Source: a bacterium (GTDB lineage Bacteria; Patescibacteriota; Gracilibacteria; UBA1369; GCA-2718715). From it: 64,000 nucleotides of DNA. Below the pieces are notes generated by a model. It was given only the letters and a program-made list of their open reading frames with translations. It ran no database searches and was not told the origin of the DNA. Of the stretch, positions 19,055-28,056 are shown in pieces. The first letter of the stretch is position 1, and each line of letters begins with the position of its first letter. The position numbers and the translations under genes are program-made. The stretch lies in contig JABJGM010000014.1 of assembly GCA_018662325.1 (NCBI GenBank), positions 8,237 through 72,236 of the forward strand. Reading direction: 5' to 3'.

Positions 19055-21097
19055 ATGTCAAACAAACTACAAGAAGCTCAAGCTAGAGCGCAACAAGCAG
19101 CAAAACAAGCTGAATCATTAAGAAAACAACTAGAAGAAGCGCAACAAGCCGCAGAACAAGCACAGAAGGAATTCGAAGAAGCACAACAAGCAGCACAAGT
19201 AAGAGAAAATGAAATAAGAGATGAAATTAATACTGCAACGGAAGAAGTTTCTTATAAATTCGATTATTTTAAAGAAATTTTAAGATCAATCCCACCTAAA
19301 TTAATACTCAACTTTATTGCAAATCTACAAGATTTCACTGCACAAGATGTAAATATATTATTAAACACAAGTAAAGAAGGTGAACTAAACTTAGAAGCAA
19401 GCAATTTTACCGATCAAATTGTAGATCAATTAAATGAAAAATTAGCTGACTTTAATTTTGTATACTCTAAAAATGAAAATGGAGTTTTTATTTTAACAAA
19501 AAAAGACTCAGCATCAAGACAAGAAACAAATGAAAACCCAGAATCCGAAGTGGTAGGTAATATAGAAACGACAGATGACGCAAAAACACCAGAAACTGAC
19601 TCAAATATTGAAGCCCAAACAATAGATTTCAATAATAAAGAAACTTATATAGATATTGAAGTAAAACCAGAAAACCTTCCTAAAGCATACACTGTTGTAA
19701 CAAGAAATGTTAACGGTAAAACTCTTTACACAATAGTAGGTGAAAAATTAGATTTAAAAGGAGCGAATTTATCTGATGCTGATTTACAATTTGCTGATTT
19801 AACTGATGCTAATTTACAAGAAGCTAATTTACAAGGAGCTAATTTACAATATGCTGATTTAGAAGGAGCTAATTTACAAGGAGCTAATTTACAATATGCT
19901 GATTTAGAAGGAGCTGATTCAAGGGGAGCTAATTTACAAGGAGCTAATTTACAAGAAGCTAATTTACAAGGAGCTAATTTACAATATGCTGATTTAGAAG
20001 GAGCTAATTTACAAGGAGCTAATTTACAATATGCTGATTTAGAAGGAGCTAATTTACAAGGTGCTAATTTACAAAGAGCTGATTTACACGAAGTTAATTT
20101 ACAAGGAGCTAAATTACATAGTGCTAAATTACAAGGAGCTAAAGTATATAGTGCTAACTTAACTGATGCCGTTTTACAAGGAGCTGATTTACAAAGAGCT
20201 TGGTTACATAGAGCAAATTTTAAAAATGCAATTTTAACTAGAGCTGATTTACAATTTGCTGATTTAACTGAAGCTAATTTAGATGGAGCGAACTTATCAA
20301 ACGCAAACTTAAAAAATGCTAAACTTATAAAGTTAACAGGAGTTCCTAAGGAAGAAAATCTTCCAGATGGTTATGTGATTCAATCTAATGAAAATGGAAC
20401 CTTTAATATTCAATTAATTCCAGTCGAACCGGAGGTTGAACCGATTGATTTAGAAGAAATTAAGTTAGAATATACAATTGATGGAATAGATCACAGCCAA
20501 TTAATAGATATTAAGAAATTAACTAAACTTTTATTTGATAGAAGTTTTTCAGGCACAGGTGAAAAAATAATGAGAGCTTTATTGCATAGCATAAATAATC
20601 CTTTAACCGCAGCTGAACTTGCAAAACTAGCTGGATTAGATGAAGAAAAAAAGGGATATCCAAACAGATACATCAATAAGATTTTTAGTGAATTCTTGAA
20701 AGAAAGTTATGGAGAATTTATATTTATACCAAGAGCAACCGGATCTTTTAAAAAAATGTTCTTAACACTAAAGGAGGAATTTTATAGAAAATTAATAGCA
20801 GATTTAGAAACATCAACAAATGAAATTCCTGGTATTGAAACTGTGGAAAAATCAAATTCAAACGAGAATATTAATACTGAAAATATTCAAAACTCCCTTT
20901 CCAACGAAAAAACACAAGAGATAACAATAGAAGATGTATGTGAAGAAGTAATAGCAAAAACTCAAGCAGAAGTAAACGTACAAACGGAAGTAATAGATCA
21001 AGCAGAAGTAAACGTAACAGAAAATCCTAATAAAATAGTAGATGCGGCAAAACAAAAATTCGCAGATAGCTTACTTAGCTATCTAGCTAAAAAATAG
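19055..21097 (+). CDS. coiled-coil / pentapeptide-repeat / C-terminal HTH-like domain protein
   Basis: 680 aa. Q/A/E-rich coiled coil, then 38 consecutive A(D/N)LXX pentads (19760-20329), then a conserved domain of about 110 aa containing LTAAELAKLAGL. No signal peptide. Confidence 0.85.
   Translation: MSNKLQEAQARAQQAAKQAESLRKQLEEAQQAAEQAQKEFEEAQQAAQVRENEIRDEINTATEEVSYKFDYFKEILRSIPPKLILNFIANLQDFTAQDVNILLNTSKEGELNLEASNFTDQIVDQLNEKLADFNFVYSKNENGVFILTKKDSASRQETNENPESEVVGNIETTDDAKTPETDSNIEAQTIDFNNKETYIDIEVKPENLPKAYTVVTRNVNGKTLYTIVGEKLDLKGANLSDADLQFADLTDANLQEANLQGANLQYADLEGANLQGANLQYADLEGADSRGANLQGANLQEANLQGANLQYADLEGANLQGANLQYADLEGANLQGANLQRADLHEVNLQGAKLHSAKLQGAKVYSANLTDAVLQGADLQRAWLHRANFKNAILTRADLQFADLTEANLDGANLSNANLKNAKLIKLTGVPKEENLPDGYVIQSNENGTFNIQLIPVEPEVEPIDLEEIKLEYTIDGIDHSQLIDIKKLTKLLFDRSFSGTGEKIMRALLHSINNPLTAAELAKLAGLDEEKKGYPNRYINKIFSEFLKESYGEFIFIPRATGSFKKMFLTLKEEFYRKLIADLETSTNEIPGIETVEKSNSNENINTENIQNSLSNEKTQEITIEDVCEEVIAKTQAEVNVQTEVIDQAEVNVTENPNKIVDAAKQKFADSLLSYLAKK
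19760..20329 (+). repeat. 15-nt periodic pentapeptide-coding tract (38 pentads) with near-perfect 15/45-nt tandem units
   Basis: The units GGAGCTAATTTACAA (GANLQ), GAAGCTAATTTACAA (EANLQ) and TATGCTGATTTAGAA (YADLE) repeat almost perfectly between about 19806 and 20075. Confidence 0.9.
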
Positions 21098-21105
21098 GAA
21101 AAGTT

Positions 21106-21132
21106 AAAAGCCTTCAAGTGAAGGCTTTTTTT
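21106..21132. terminator. bidirectional terminator between convergent genes
   Basis: AAAAGCCTTC-aagt-GAAGGCTTTTTTT, with an A-run on one side and a T-run on the other. Confidence 0.75.
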
Positions 21133-21325
21133 AATCTAAAATATATTCATTCAAATCTAAAATCAGTTCATCTATATCAATATTATGCAACTTAGCACCC
21201 TCCTCTAAAGTTTCAATATAAGCATTCACACAACCAACACAGCTTATACCATAATCAAAGAAAACTTCCATTGTTTCTGGGTAGCTTTCTATAACATCTT
21301 TGATTATCATGTCTTTGGTAATCAT
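21131..21325 (-). CDS. DUF1858-like small redox-disulfide domain protein
   Basis: 64 aa. The pattern MITKDMIIKDVIESYPETMEVFFDYGISCVGC...LEEGAKLHNIDIDELILDLN matches the DUF1858 / hybrid-cluster-associated fold, from memory. Confidence 0.65.
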   Translation of the reverse strand: MITKDMIIKDVIESYPETMEVFFDYGISCVGCVNAYIETLEEGAKLHNIDIDELILDLNEYILD

Positions 21326-21379
21326 AATTTTTTTTTCAAAAATAACACAAAATTACACTTCAATCAATCACCTATCACA

Positions 21380-23326
21380 ATGAATTTTTACGAATTAGTT
21401 ATCCTTCACTACAACAAACCATTAAATGCAACCTTCACCTATAGCATTAATCAAAAAATTCAAGCTGGAGACCTTTTAAAAGTAACAGTAAAGAACAAAG
21501 ATTATTTTGCAATTTGTTTTAAAGAGGTCGAAAAACCGGATTTTGAATGTAAAGAAGCCGAATTAATTTGTAAAAAAGCATTAAGCGACAACCAAATTCA
21601 AATAGCAAACTTTATACATAGTTACTATTGCTGCACAATTTCAAAAGCATATTCACTGTTTTTTTCAAAAAAATTACTAAAAGTTAGAAGTTTAAAAAAA
21701 ATTTCAGACTTCAAAGAAGAAGAAAGTATTCAAATACAGATCGAACAAGATCTATATGAATTAAATAAAAACCAAGAAGAGATTTATAAAAACATAAAAG
21801 AATCTAAAAATTTATATCACTTGATTCATGGAATTACAGGCTCTGGTAAAACTGAAATATACATGCATTTAATAAAGGATGCATTACATAAAAATCAAGA
21901 TGTTTTATTTTTAGTTCCTCAACTTAGTTTGCTTCCACAAATGAAAAAAAGACTAGAAAAAGCATTCCCTAATACAAATATTCTTGAGCACTCCCATAAA
22001 GTTTCATCAAAAGAGTACTCTGAAAACTATATAAACTGCAAAGCTAAAACTTCAAGTATAACAATCTCATCAAGAAGTGGACTTTTTCTTCCATTTAACA
22101 ACCTAGGCTTAATCATTATGGATGAAGAACACGATCAAAGTTACAAACAAGACCAAACACCAAAATATCACGCCAAAAGTATCGTTCAAAACCTAGCTAA
22201 ACTAAGTAATTCAAAATTAATTTTAGGATCTGCAACCCCAAGTTTAGAAACATTTAAAGCTAGTCAAAACAAAGTGGTAGAAATTCATAAATTAAACAAA
22301 AAATTTAAAGACATAAATAAACCAGAAATAACTGTCGTTGATATTTCAAACCACCTTCTGAAAAATCCTAACCACTACTTATCCCCCAACCTTATATCTG
22401 CAATTTCAGATAGCATACATGAAAAAAAACAAGTTTTATTACTCTCAAATAGAAGAGGATACAGTAACTTTTTAATGTGCTTAGACTGTAAAGAAATAAA
22501 TGAATGTGACAACTGCGCGACAAGTTTTACAGTCCATAAAAATAGTCAGTATCAATACTTAAAGTGTCATTACTGTAATAATAGCAAATCAATCCCAATC
22601 AAATGTAGCAAATGTGGAAGCACCAAACTACAAAACTTTGGGTCTGGAATCCAAAACCTAGATGAATTATTAAAAGAAGAATTTCCAAAAGCAAGAATTC
22701 TAAGAATGGACTCAGACTCAACATCAGCAAAAAATTCAATCAAAGAAATCCATGAAAAATTAGACTCCAACGATTTTGATATAATCCTGGGAACACAAAT
22801 GGTAGCCCAAGGATTAGATCTGAAAAGACTAAATTTAGTTGGTGTTATATTTGCCGAAGAGAATTTAAATCTTCCAGATTTTAGAACCCATGAAAGATAC
22901 ATTCAACTTTTAAATCAGGTAGTTGGAAGAACCGGAAGGCATACCAAAAACTCTAAGGTAATAATCCAAACATTAAAACCCGAGAATAAACTTTTTCATC
23001 AATTCTTAGACGAAAACCTAAATTCATTCTTAGAAGAGGAACTAAATCGCAGGAAAAAATATCACTTTCCGCCTTTTAGTAAATTAACTAAAATTGAATT
23101 CAAAGAAAAAGATTTAAATAAACTAAAAACTAAAACCAAAAACTTAGAGCGAAAACTTAATCAAAACCGTGTGAAATTCCACTCAGTAACTCCGCTTATA
23201 TACCGAAAAAACAATCTATTTATCCACCATATTTTTTTACAAAACACAAATCCTTTAAAATATATCCAAGAATTAATCCTAGATCCAAACTGTATTATTG
23301 ATAGAGACCCTCAAAGTACTCTTTAA
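21380..23326 (+). CDS. priA: primosomal replication-restart helicase PriA
   Basis: 648 aa. Walker [15 protein letters not shown] box, and a Cys-rich zinc insert (CLDC..CDNC..CHYC..CSKC). Confidence 0.9.
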   Translation: MNFYELVILHYNKPLNATFTYSINQKIQAGDLLKVTVKNKDYFAICFKEVEKPDFECKEAELICKKALSDNQIQIANFIHSYYCCTISKAYSLFFSKKLLKVRSLKKISDFKEEESIQIQIEQDLYELNKNQEEIYKNIKESKNLYHLIHGITGSGKTEIYMHLIKDALHKNQDVLFLVPQLSLLPQMKKRLEKAFPNTNILEHSHKVSSKEYSENYINCKAKTSSITISSRSGLFLPFNNLGLIIMDEEHDQSYKQDQTPKYHAKSIVQNLAKLSNSKLILGSATPSLETFKASQNKVVEIHKLNKKFKDINKPEITVVDISNHLLKNPNHYLSPNLISAISDSIHEKKQVLLLSNRRGYSNFLMCLDCKEINECDNCATSFTVHKNSQYQYLKCHYCNNSKSIPIKCSKCGSTKLQNFGSGIQNLDELLKEEFPKARILRMDSDSTSAKNSIKEIHEKLDSNDFDIILGTQMVAQGLDLKRLNLVGVIFAEENLNLPDFRTHERYIQLLNQVVGRTGRHTKNSKVIIQTLKPENKLFHQFLDENLNSFLEEELNRRKKYHFPPFSKLTKIEFKEKDLNKLKTKTKNLERKLNQNRVKFHSVTPLIYRKNNLFIHHIFLQNTNPLKYIQELILDPNCIIDRDPQSTL

Positions 23327-23673
23327 TACAATCTAGTCCCATTAGGAATTTTTTTATCTGTCGTAGATAAAACAACTTCCCCATCTTCCAAAACAAATCC
23401 TGTTACTAAAAATTCAGACATAAAAGGTCCAACTTGTTTAGGTGGAAAGTTGGTAACTGCAATAATTTGTTTTCCAAGCAACTCTTCTTTAGAATAAAGT
23501 TTTGTAACTTGAGCACTAGACTTTCTTCTACCAATTTCTTCTCCAAAATCAACCCATATTTTATACGCAGGATTCCTTGCTTCTGGAAAATCTTGTACAT
23601 CAACTATTGTTCCAGCTGTTAATTCAACCTTAGTAAAATCTTCCCAGTTAATTAAATTTTTATTCATCTTCAT
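23323..23673 (-). CDS. tRNA-binding domain protein (CsaA/Trbp111-like)
   Basis: 116 aa. The OB-fold pattern [30 protein letters not shown]...[13 protein letters not shown] is typical of CsaA. Confidence 0.8.
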   Translation of the reverse strand: MKMNKNLINWEDFTKVELTAGTIVDVQDFPEARNPAYKIWVDFGEEIGRRKSSAQVTKLYSKEELLGKQIIAVTNFPPKQVGPFMSEFLVTGFVLEDGEVVLSTTDKKIPNGTRLY

Positions 23674-24430
23674 TTCTTAAAAAATTTATTATTTTTGAAC
23701 TATCATAACTTCTATCAATTATAGATTCTCTTAATAAGCAGTCAAAGCTCTCTTTTTGAGAACTATCAAATTTATTAATTTTCAAATAATCATCTGCATA
23801 AAATCTCAATTGATTATCTGAAGTATCAAAAGATCTAGGAACTAAAGAATCAACTATTAATCTATTAAAATTATTTATTTCATTATAGATTTCTAATAAT
23901 TTATTTCTTTTATTTTCAATTTTTAAAAATTCAGAATTTAAGAAAACTAAAGAATCAACCACTTCCTTCACAGAAGTGGATCCATAAATTTCTTTTAATA
24001 TAAATTCAACCGAGAAAAAAGCTTTCAAAAAAAGCTCTAATTTTGAACGATCATCACAAAGCTTTGAATCTAAGATTAAATATTGATTTTGAGCAACAAA
24101 TTGATCTAAATTTTCTGACTGTAAAGTTGACTGCTTGAAATCAAAAATCAGTTTAAAAATTTGATCTTTAAAAGTTGAATCATTAAACAAACCTAAAAAA
24201 TATTCAATTGAATTAAAATAATCCTTTAAGAAATAAACAGTATCACCTTTATTTAAACAAGATAAAACATTTAATTCATCTGAAAATAATTCTTCTTCAA
24301 TTTTTTCAACCTGATCAACTAATAATTGAAAATTAATCAATAATTCACTTTGATAATTATTTAAGCTTGAAAGGCCATAAACAATATAATCAACAAAACT
24401 TAATTTAATTCTCTTTTGTAATCTTTCCAT
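23660..24430 (-). CDS. hypothetical protein
   Basis: 256-aa ORF with a 14-nt overlap with the downstream csaA-like gene. No motif recognised. Confidence 0.5.
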   Translation of the reverse strand: MERLQKRIKLSFVDYIVYGLSSLNNYQSELLINFQLLVDQVEKIEEELFSDELNVLSCLNKGDTVYFLKDYFNSIEYFLGLFNDSTFKDQIFKLIFDFKQSTLQSENLDQFVAQNQYLILDSKLCDDRSKLELFLKAFFSVEFILKEIYGSTSVKEVVDSLVFLNSEFLKIENKRNKLLEIYNEINNFNRLIVDSLVPRSFDTSDNQLRFYADDYLKINKFDSSQKESFDCLLRESIIDRSYDSSKIINFLRNEDE

Positions 24431-24625
24431 AATTTTTTATTAAATTGATATATTTTTAAACTACTCAACTTAAAAAAACAAGGTGTTATAAAAAAAAACA
24501 CATCTTCAAAACAATTAAGACATATAATAAAAAAACAAAAAGATAAAGAAATAAAATTTCCATAACAAACAATATTCATAGTTTTTATTATATATTTATC
24601 ATCCAAATCTTAACAACTTAAAAAT

Positions 24626-24654
24626 TTGCAAAAAATTAAAATAAATTTTAAACT
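24626..24654 (+). promoter_or_regulatory. trpS promoter
   Basis: TTGCAA-N17-TAAACT. ATG at 24675. Confidence 0.5.
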
Positions 24655-24674
24655 TAAAAAAAGTAATTTTAATT

Positions 24675-25646
24675 ATGCAATCACTAATAACTGGAATTAA
24701 ACCAACCGGAAAAATTCATCTAGGAAATTACTTTGGAGCTTTTAAACCGGCCTTTGAATTTCAAAAAGATTATCAAAGCTACATTTTTTTAGCTAATCTA
24801 CACGCATTGAATCAGATTCAAGACGGGAAAGAATTAAAAGAAACCAGTTTTGATTTATGTGCGAACCTAATATCTCTTGGTTTAGACACAGAAAATTCCA
24901 ACTTTTTCTTACAAAGTGATGTTCCAGAACACGCAGAATTATGCTGGATTCTTTCTACAATCTGTTCATTTGGAGTGCTAGAAAGAGCTCATGCATGGAA
25001 AGACTTTAAAAACAAAGGATTAAAAGATCCAAAACTCGGACTTTTTTCATACCCAGTCTTAATGGCTGCTGACATCCTTTTATATAACGTAGACATTGTC
25101 CCAGTCGGAAAAGATCAAAAACAACATGTAGAAATAGCAAGAGACTTAGCTCACAAATTTAATGGAATTTATGGTGATACTTTTATTTTACCTACACCAG
25201 TAATTCAAAAAGAGGTTGAAACAATAACTGGTATCGATGGTCAAAAAATGAGTAAATCATACGACAATATTATTGCAATTTTTGAAGACGAAAATCTTGT
25301 CAAAAAATCAATTATGAAAATCCAAACCGATAGCTTACCTGTGGACGCAGTTAAAGATCCAAACACATGCAATATTTTTCAAATTTATAAACATATGGCT
25401 AACACGCAAGAATTAGCAAACTTTAAAGATAAATATTTAGCTGGAGGGCTTTCATACGGTGAAGCTAAAAATACACTTTTTGATAAATTTATGGTTTATT
25501 TCAAAGAAGCTCGCGCAAAGAAAGTAAAGCTTCTGGAAAAACCAGATCAAATACATCAAATTTTAGAAAAAGGTAAACTACAAGCTAAAAAAAGAGCTCA
25601 AACAACCTTAAACCTAGTAAAAGAAAAAACCGGACTAACCCTGTAA
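24675..25646 (+). CDS. trpS: tryptophan--tRNA ligase
   Basis: 323 aa. GIKPTGKIHLGNY (HIGH-type motif), KMSKS, and overall class Ic layout. Confidence 0.9.
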   Translation: MQSLITGIKPTGKIHLGNYFGAFKPAFEFQKDYQSYIFLANLHALNQIQDGKELKETSFDLCANLISLGLDTENSNFFLQSDVPEHAELCWILSTICSFGVLERAHAWKDFKNKGLKDPKLGLFSYPVLMAADILLYNVDIVPVGKDQKQHVEIARDLAHKFNGIYGDTFILPTPVIQKEVETITGIDGQKMSKSYDNIIAIFEDENLVKKSIMKIQTDSLPVDAVKDPNTCNIFQIYKHMANTQELANFKDKYLAGGLSYGEAKNTLFDKFMVYFKEARAKKVKLLEKPDQIHQILEKGKLQAKKRAQTTLNLVKEKTGLTL

Positions 25647-25649
25647 GAA

Positions 25650-27260
25650 ATGAACACGAAATATATATTTATAACTGGAGGAGTTTGCTCATCACTAGGC
25701 AAAGGTATATCCACCTCCAGTATTGGAGCTATTTTAAAAAGCGCCGGATTAAAAGTATTCGTAATGAAACTTGATCCATACCTAAACGTAGACCCTGGCA
25801 CAATGAGCCCGTATCAGCACGGAGAAGTCTTTGTAACAGACGATGGAGCAGAAACCGACTTAGACCTTGGCCACTACGAAAGATTCATAGACGAGCCACT
25901 TTCTAAAGAATCATCAATTACCTCAGGTAAACTTTACTCCGAAGTAATTGAAAACGAACGTCAAGGAGTCTATTTAGGTGGAACCATACAAATTATTCCT
26001 CATGTTACAGATTTAATTAAAGAAAAAATAATCTTTGCAGGTAAAAAACATAATGCAGAAGTAGTTTTAGTTGAATTAGGGGGAACAGTTGGAGACATAG
26101 AAGGTCCACACTATTTAGAAGCAATCCGACAAATGAGAAACCAACTTGGAATCCAAAACACTCTTTTTATTCACGTTACTTTACTACCTTTCTTACAAGC
26201 CTCTAAAGAACTAAAAACTAAACCCACTCAAGCTTCAATTCGTGAACTAAGAAGTATTGGAATCCAACCAGATTTTATTTTCTGTAGAGCTGATATGGAT
26301 ATTGAACAATCTTTACTGAGAAAAATCTCAATGTTTTGTGATGTAAAAGAAGAAAATGTAATCCCCCTTCCAACTCTAAATTCAATCTACGAAGTACCAA
26401 GACATCTAGAAAACTTCGAATTAGCAGAAAAAATCGCAATACAATTCAAACTGCCAAACTTACAAACTAAACTTTTAGACTGGGATCAATTTACAAAGAA
26501 AGTAAAAAATCTTAAGAAAGAAATCAAGGTTGGAATAGTTGGTAAATATATAGAACTCGAAGATGCATATTTAAGCCTAAGTGAATCAATAAAAATTGCT
26601 GGAATCCATCAAGATACTAAGACCAACATTCAATGGATCGACGCTGAGTTAATCGAAAAAAACGATAAAAAAGAACAAGAAAAACTTAGCAGTTGCCAAG
26701 CTGTAGTTGTTGCAGGAGGATTTGGAGAACGCGGAACCGAAGGAAAAATCAAAGCTCTAAACTACTGCAGGAAAAACAAAATTCCTCTGCTTGGAATTTG
26801 TCTTGGAATGCAATTAATGGCAATTGAATACTTAAGAGAATTAACCAAAAATCCAAATTTAACATCTGAAGAATTCGACGAAAGTCGCAATCAAAACAAA
26901 CAGAACTACGTAGTCCACTTCTTACCCGGACAAAACATAAACAGAAAAAAAGGTGGAACCCTAAGACTCGGTTCCTATGAATGCAAGCTTAAAAATGATT
27001 CAATTGTACACAAAGCTTATCAAAAAAACCTTATCAACGAACGCCATAGACACAGATACGAATTTAATTCAGATTTTAAAAAACACTTTGAAAATTCAGA
27101 AATGATAATCTCAGGAATTAACCCTGAAAGTCAATTAGTTGAAATAATAGAAGCAAAAGATCATCCTTTTTACGTTGGTTGTCAATACCATCCAGAATTT
27201 TTATCTAGACCTCTTAAACCTCATCCGTTATTTGAAGCCTTAATTAAAAACTCTAAGTAA
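25650..27260 (+). CDS. pyrG: CTP synthase
   Basis: 536 aa. KYIFITGGVCSSLGKG, glutaminase GICLGMQ, and HRHRYEFN. Confidence 0.95.
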   Translation: MNTKYIFITGGVCSSLGKGISTSSIGAILKSAGLKVFVMKLDPYLNVDPGTMSPYQHGEVFVTDDGAETDLDLGHYERFIDEPLSKESSITSGKLYSEVIENERQGVYLGGTIQIIPHVTDLIKEKIIFAGKKHNAEVVLVELGGTVGDIEGPHYLEAIRQMRNQLGIQNTLFIHVTLLPFLQASKELKTKPTQASIRELRSIGIQPDFIFCRADMDIEQSLLRKISMFCDVKEENVIPLPTLNSIYEVPRHLENFELAEKIAIQFKLPNLQTKLLDWDQFTKKVKNLKKEIKVGIVGKYIELEDAYLSLSESIKIAGIHQDTKTNIQWIDAELIEKNDKKEQEKLSSCQAVVVAGGFGERGTEGKIKALNYCRKNKIPLLGICLGMQLMAIEYLRELTKNPNLTSEEFDESRNQNKQNYVVHFLPGQNINRKKGGTLRLGSYECKLKNDSIVHKAYQKNLINERHRHRYEFNSDFKKHFENSEMIISGINPESQLVEIIEAKDHPFYVGCQYHPEFLSRPLKPHPLFEALIKNSK

Positions 27261-27267
27261 AAATATC

Positions 27268-27798
27268 TTACAAAATAGCAAAAGCTCTAATTGGGGATCC
27301 GTCCCCTTTTTTTATTTTCAATGGAACACCAAAAAAAGTAAAAACTTGACCTTTTGGTATCGCTTCAACATTTATTAAATCAGTAAAAGTTATCACACCA
27401 GACCCTAAAAGTTTTCTTTCAACCTCAACAGGAAAATCAACTTTAGAAGAAACTGCAACGAACTTAGAATTTAAATTTAAAATCTTATCAACTAAGTCTA
27501 AATCAAAAACCCCAGAGTCAAAAAGCAAACCAAGACCTTCAGGAATTTTATCACCAACCGACAATCTAACTGCATCACCAATAAACCTATCTAATTTTAA
27601 ATCAGATAACGTTTCTGCATCAGAATGCATATGAATAGGAGCATCAACATGTGTTCCAGTATGAGATCCAAAAGACAACGACTTTAAATTCCAACCATCT
27701 TGATCAATAAAATGAAGATCCTCTATCTTAACCTTAGGATCACCATCATACACAGGCATTGAATCATAAATCTCCTGAGATAAATCTATTATTTTCAT
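27268..27798 (-). CDS. cyclase-family protein (arylformamidase-like)
   Basis: 176 aa. HTGTHVDAPIHM, i.e. the HxGTHxDxPxH motif of the putative cyclase family. Confidence 0.75.
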   Translation of the reverse strand: MKIIDLSQEIYDSMPVYDGDPKVKIEDLHFIDQDGWNLKSLSFGSHTGTHVDAPIHMHSDAETLSDLKLDRFIGDAVRLSVGDKIPEGLGLLFDSGVFDLDLVDKILNLNSKFVAVSSKVDFPVEVERKLLGSGVITFTDLINVEAIPKGQVFTFFGVPLKIKKGDGSPIRAFAIL

Positions 27799-27842
27799 TA
27801 ATACTTAGTTAACAAAAAAAGAATAACACAAGTTAGATATTT

Positions 27843-27871
27843 TTGACAAAAACAACAAATAACGATAGGAT
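27843..27871 (+). promoter_or_regulatory. promoter of the uORF/ABC-F leader
   Basis: TTGACA-N17-TAGGAT. The uORF ATG is at 27893 and the ABC-F ATG at 28057. Confidence 0.5.
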
Positions 27872-27892
27872 ATTTTCAAATTAATCAAAACG

Positions 27893-27985
27893 ATGTTTAG
27901 TTCTACATTTCTAAAAGATCGAAAAACAGAAACAATGCTAAAATACATTGGTAGAACTTTGAGTCTTGCGTTTACTGATTGCTAA
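27893..27985 (+). CDS. candidate 30-codon leader peptide (uORF) upstream of the ABC-F gene
   Basis: ATG..TAA encodes MFSSTFLKDRKTETMLKYIGRTLSLAFTDC. The ATG lies 22 nt after a TTGACA-N17-TAGGAT promoter, the same spacing as at bona fide genes here. Alternative hairpins overlap the ORF and its stop codon. Confidence 0.35.
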   Translation: MFSSTFLKDRKTETMLKYIGRTLSLAFTDC

Positions 27986-28056
27986 GTTATAGGGATTTAG
28001 CATTAGACATATCGCTATCAAACCTAAATAAAAAATAATTATTTAACTTTTTAGCT

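Noticed and set aside
19760-20329. Regular short direct repeats that could be mistaken for a CRISPR array or satellite.
   Set aside because: The period is 15 nt with no spacers. The repeats are in frame inside a long ORF and encode the A(D/N)LXX pentapeptide motif. No cas genes are present.
24431-24674. The 244-bp AT-rich divergent gap considered as oriC, or as a T-box leader for trpS. This includes the 68-aa ORF at 24400-24606.
   Set aside because: There are no DnaA-box-like 9-mers. The trpS promoter leaves only a leader of about 14 nt, so there is no room for a T-box. The 68-aa ORF is Cys/Phe/Ile-rich low-complexity sequence, overlaps the start of the neighbouring gene, and looks spurious.
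27930-28010. A locally GC-richer intergenic segment considered as a tRNA or other small RNA gene.
   Set aside because: There is no T-loop GTTCRANYC, no cloverleaf-compatible arms and no CCA context. It is better explained as the structured leader/uORF of the ABC-F gene, reported as a finding.
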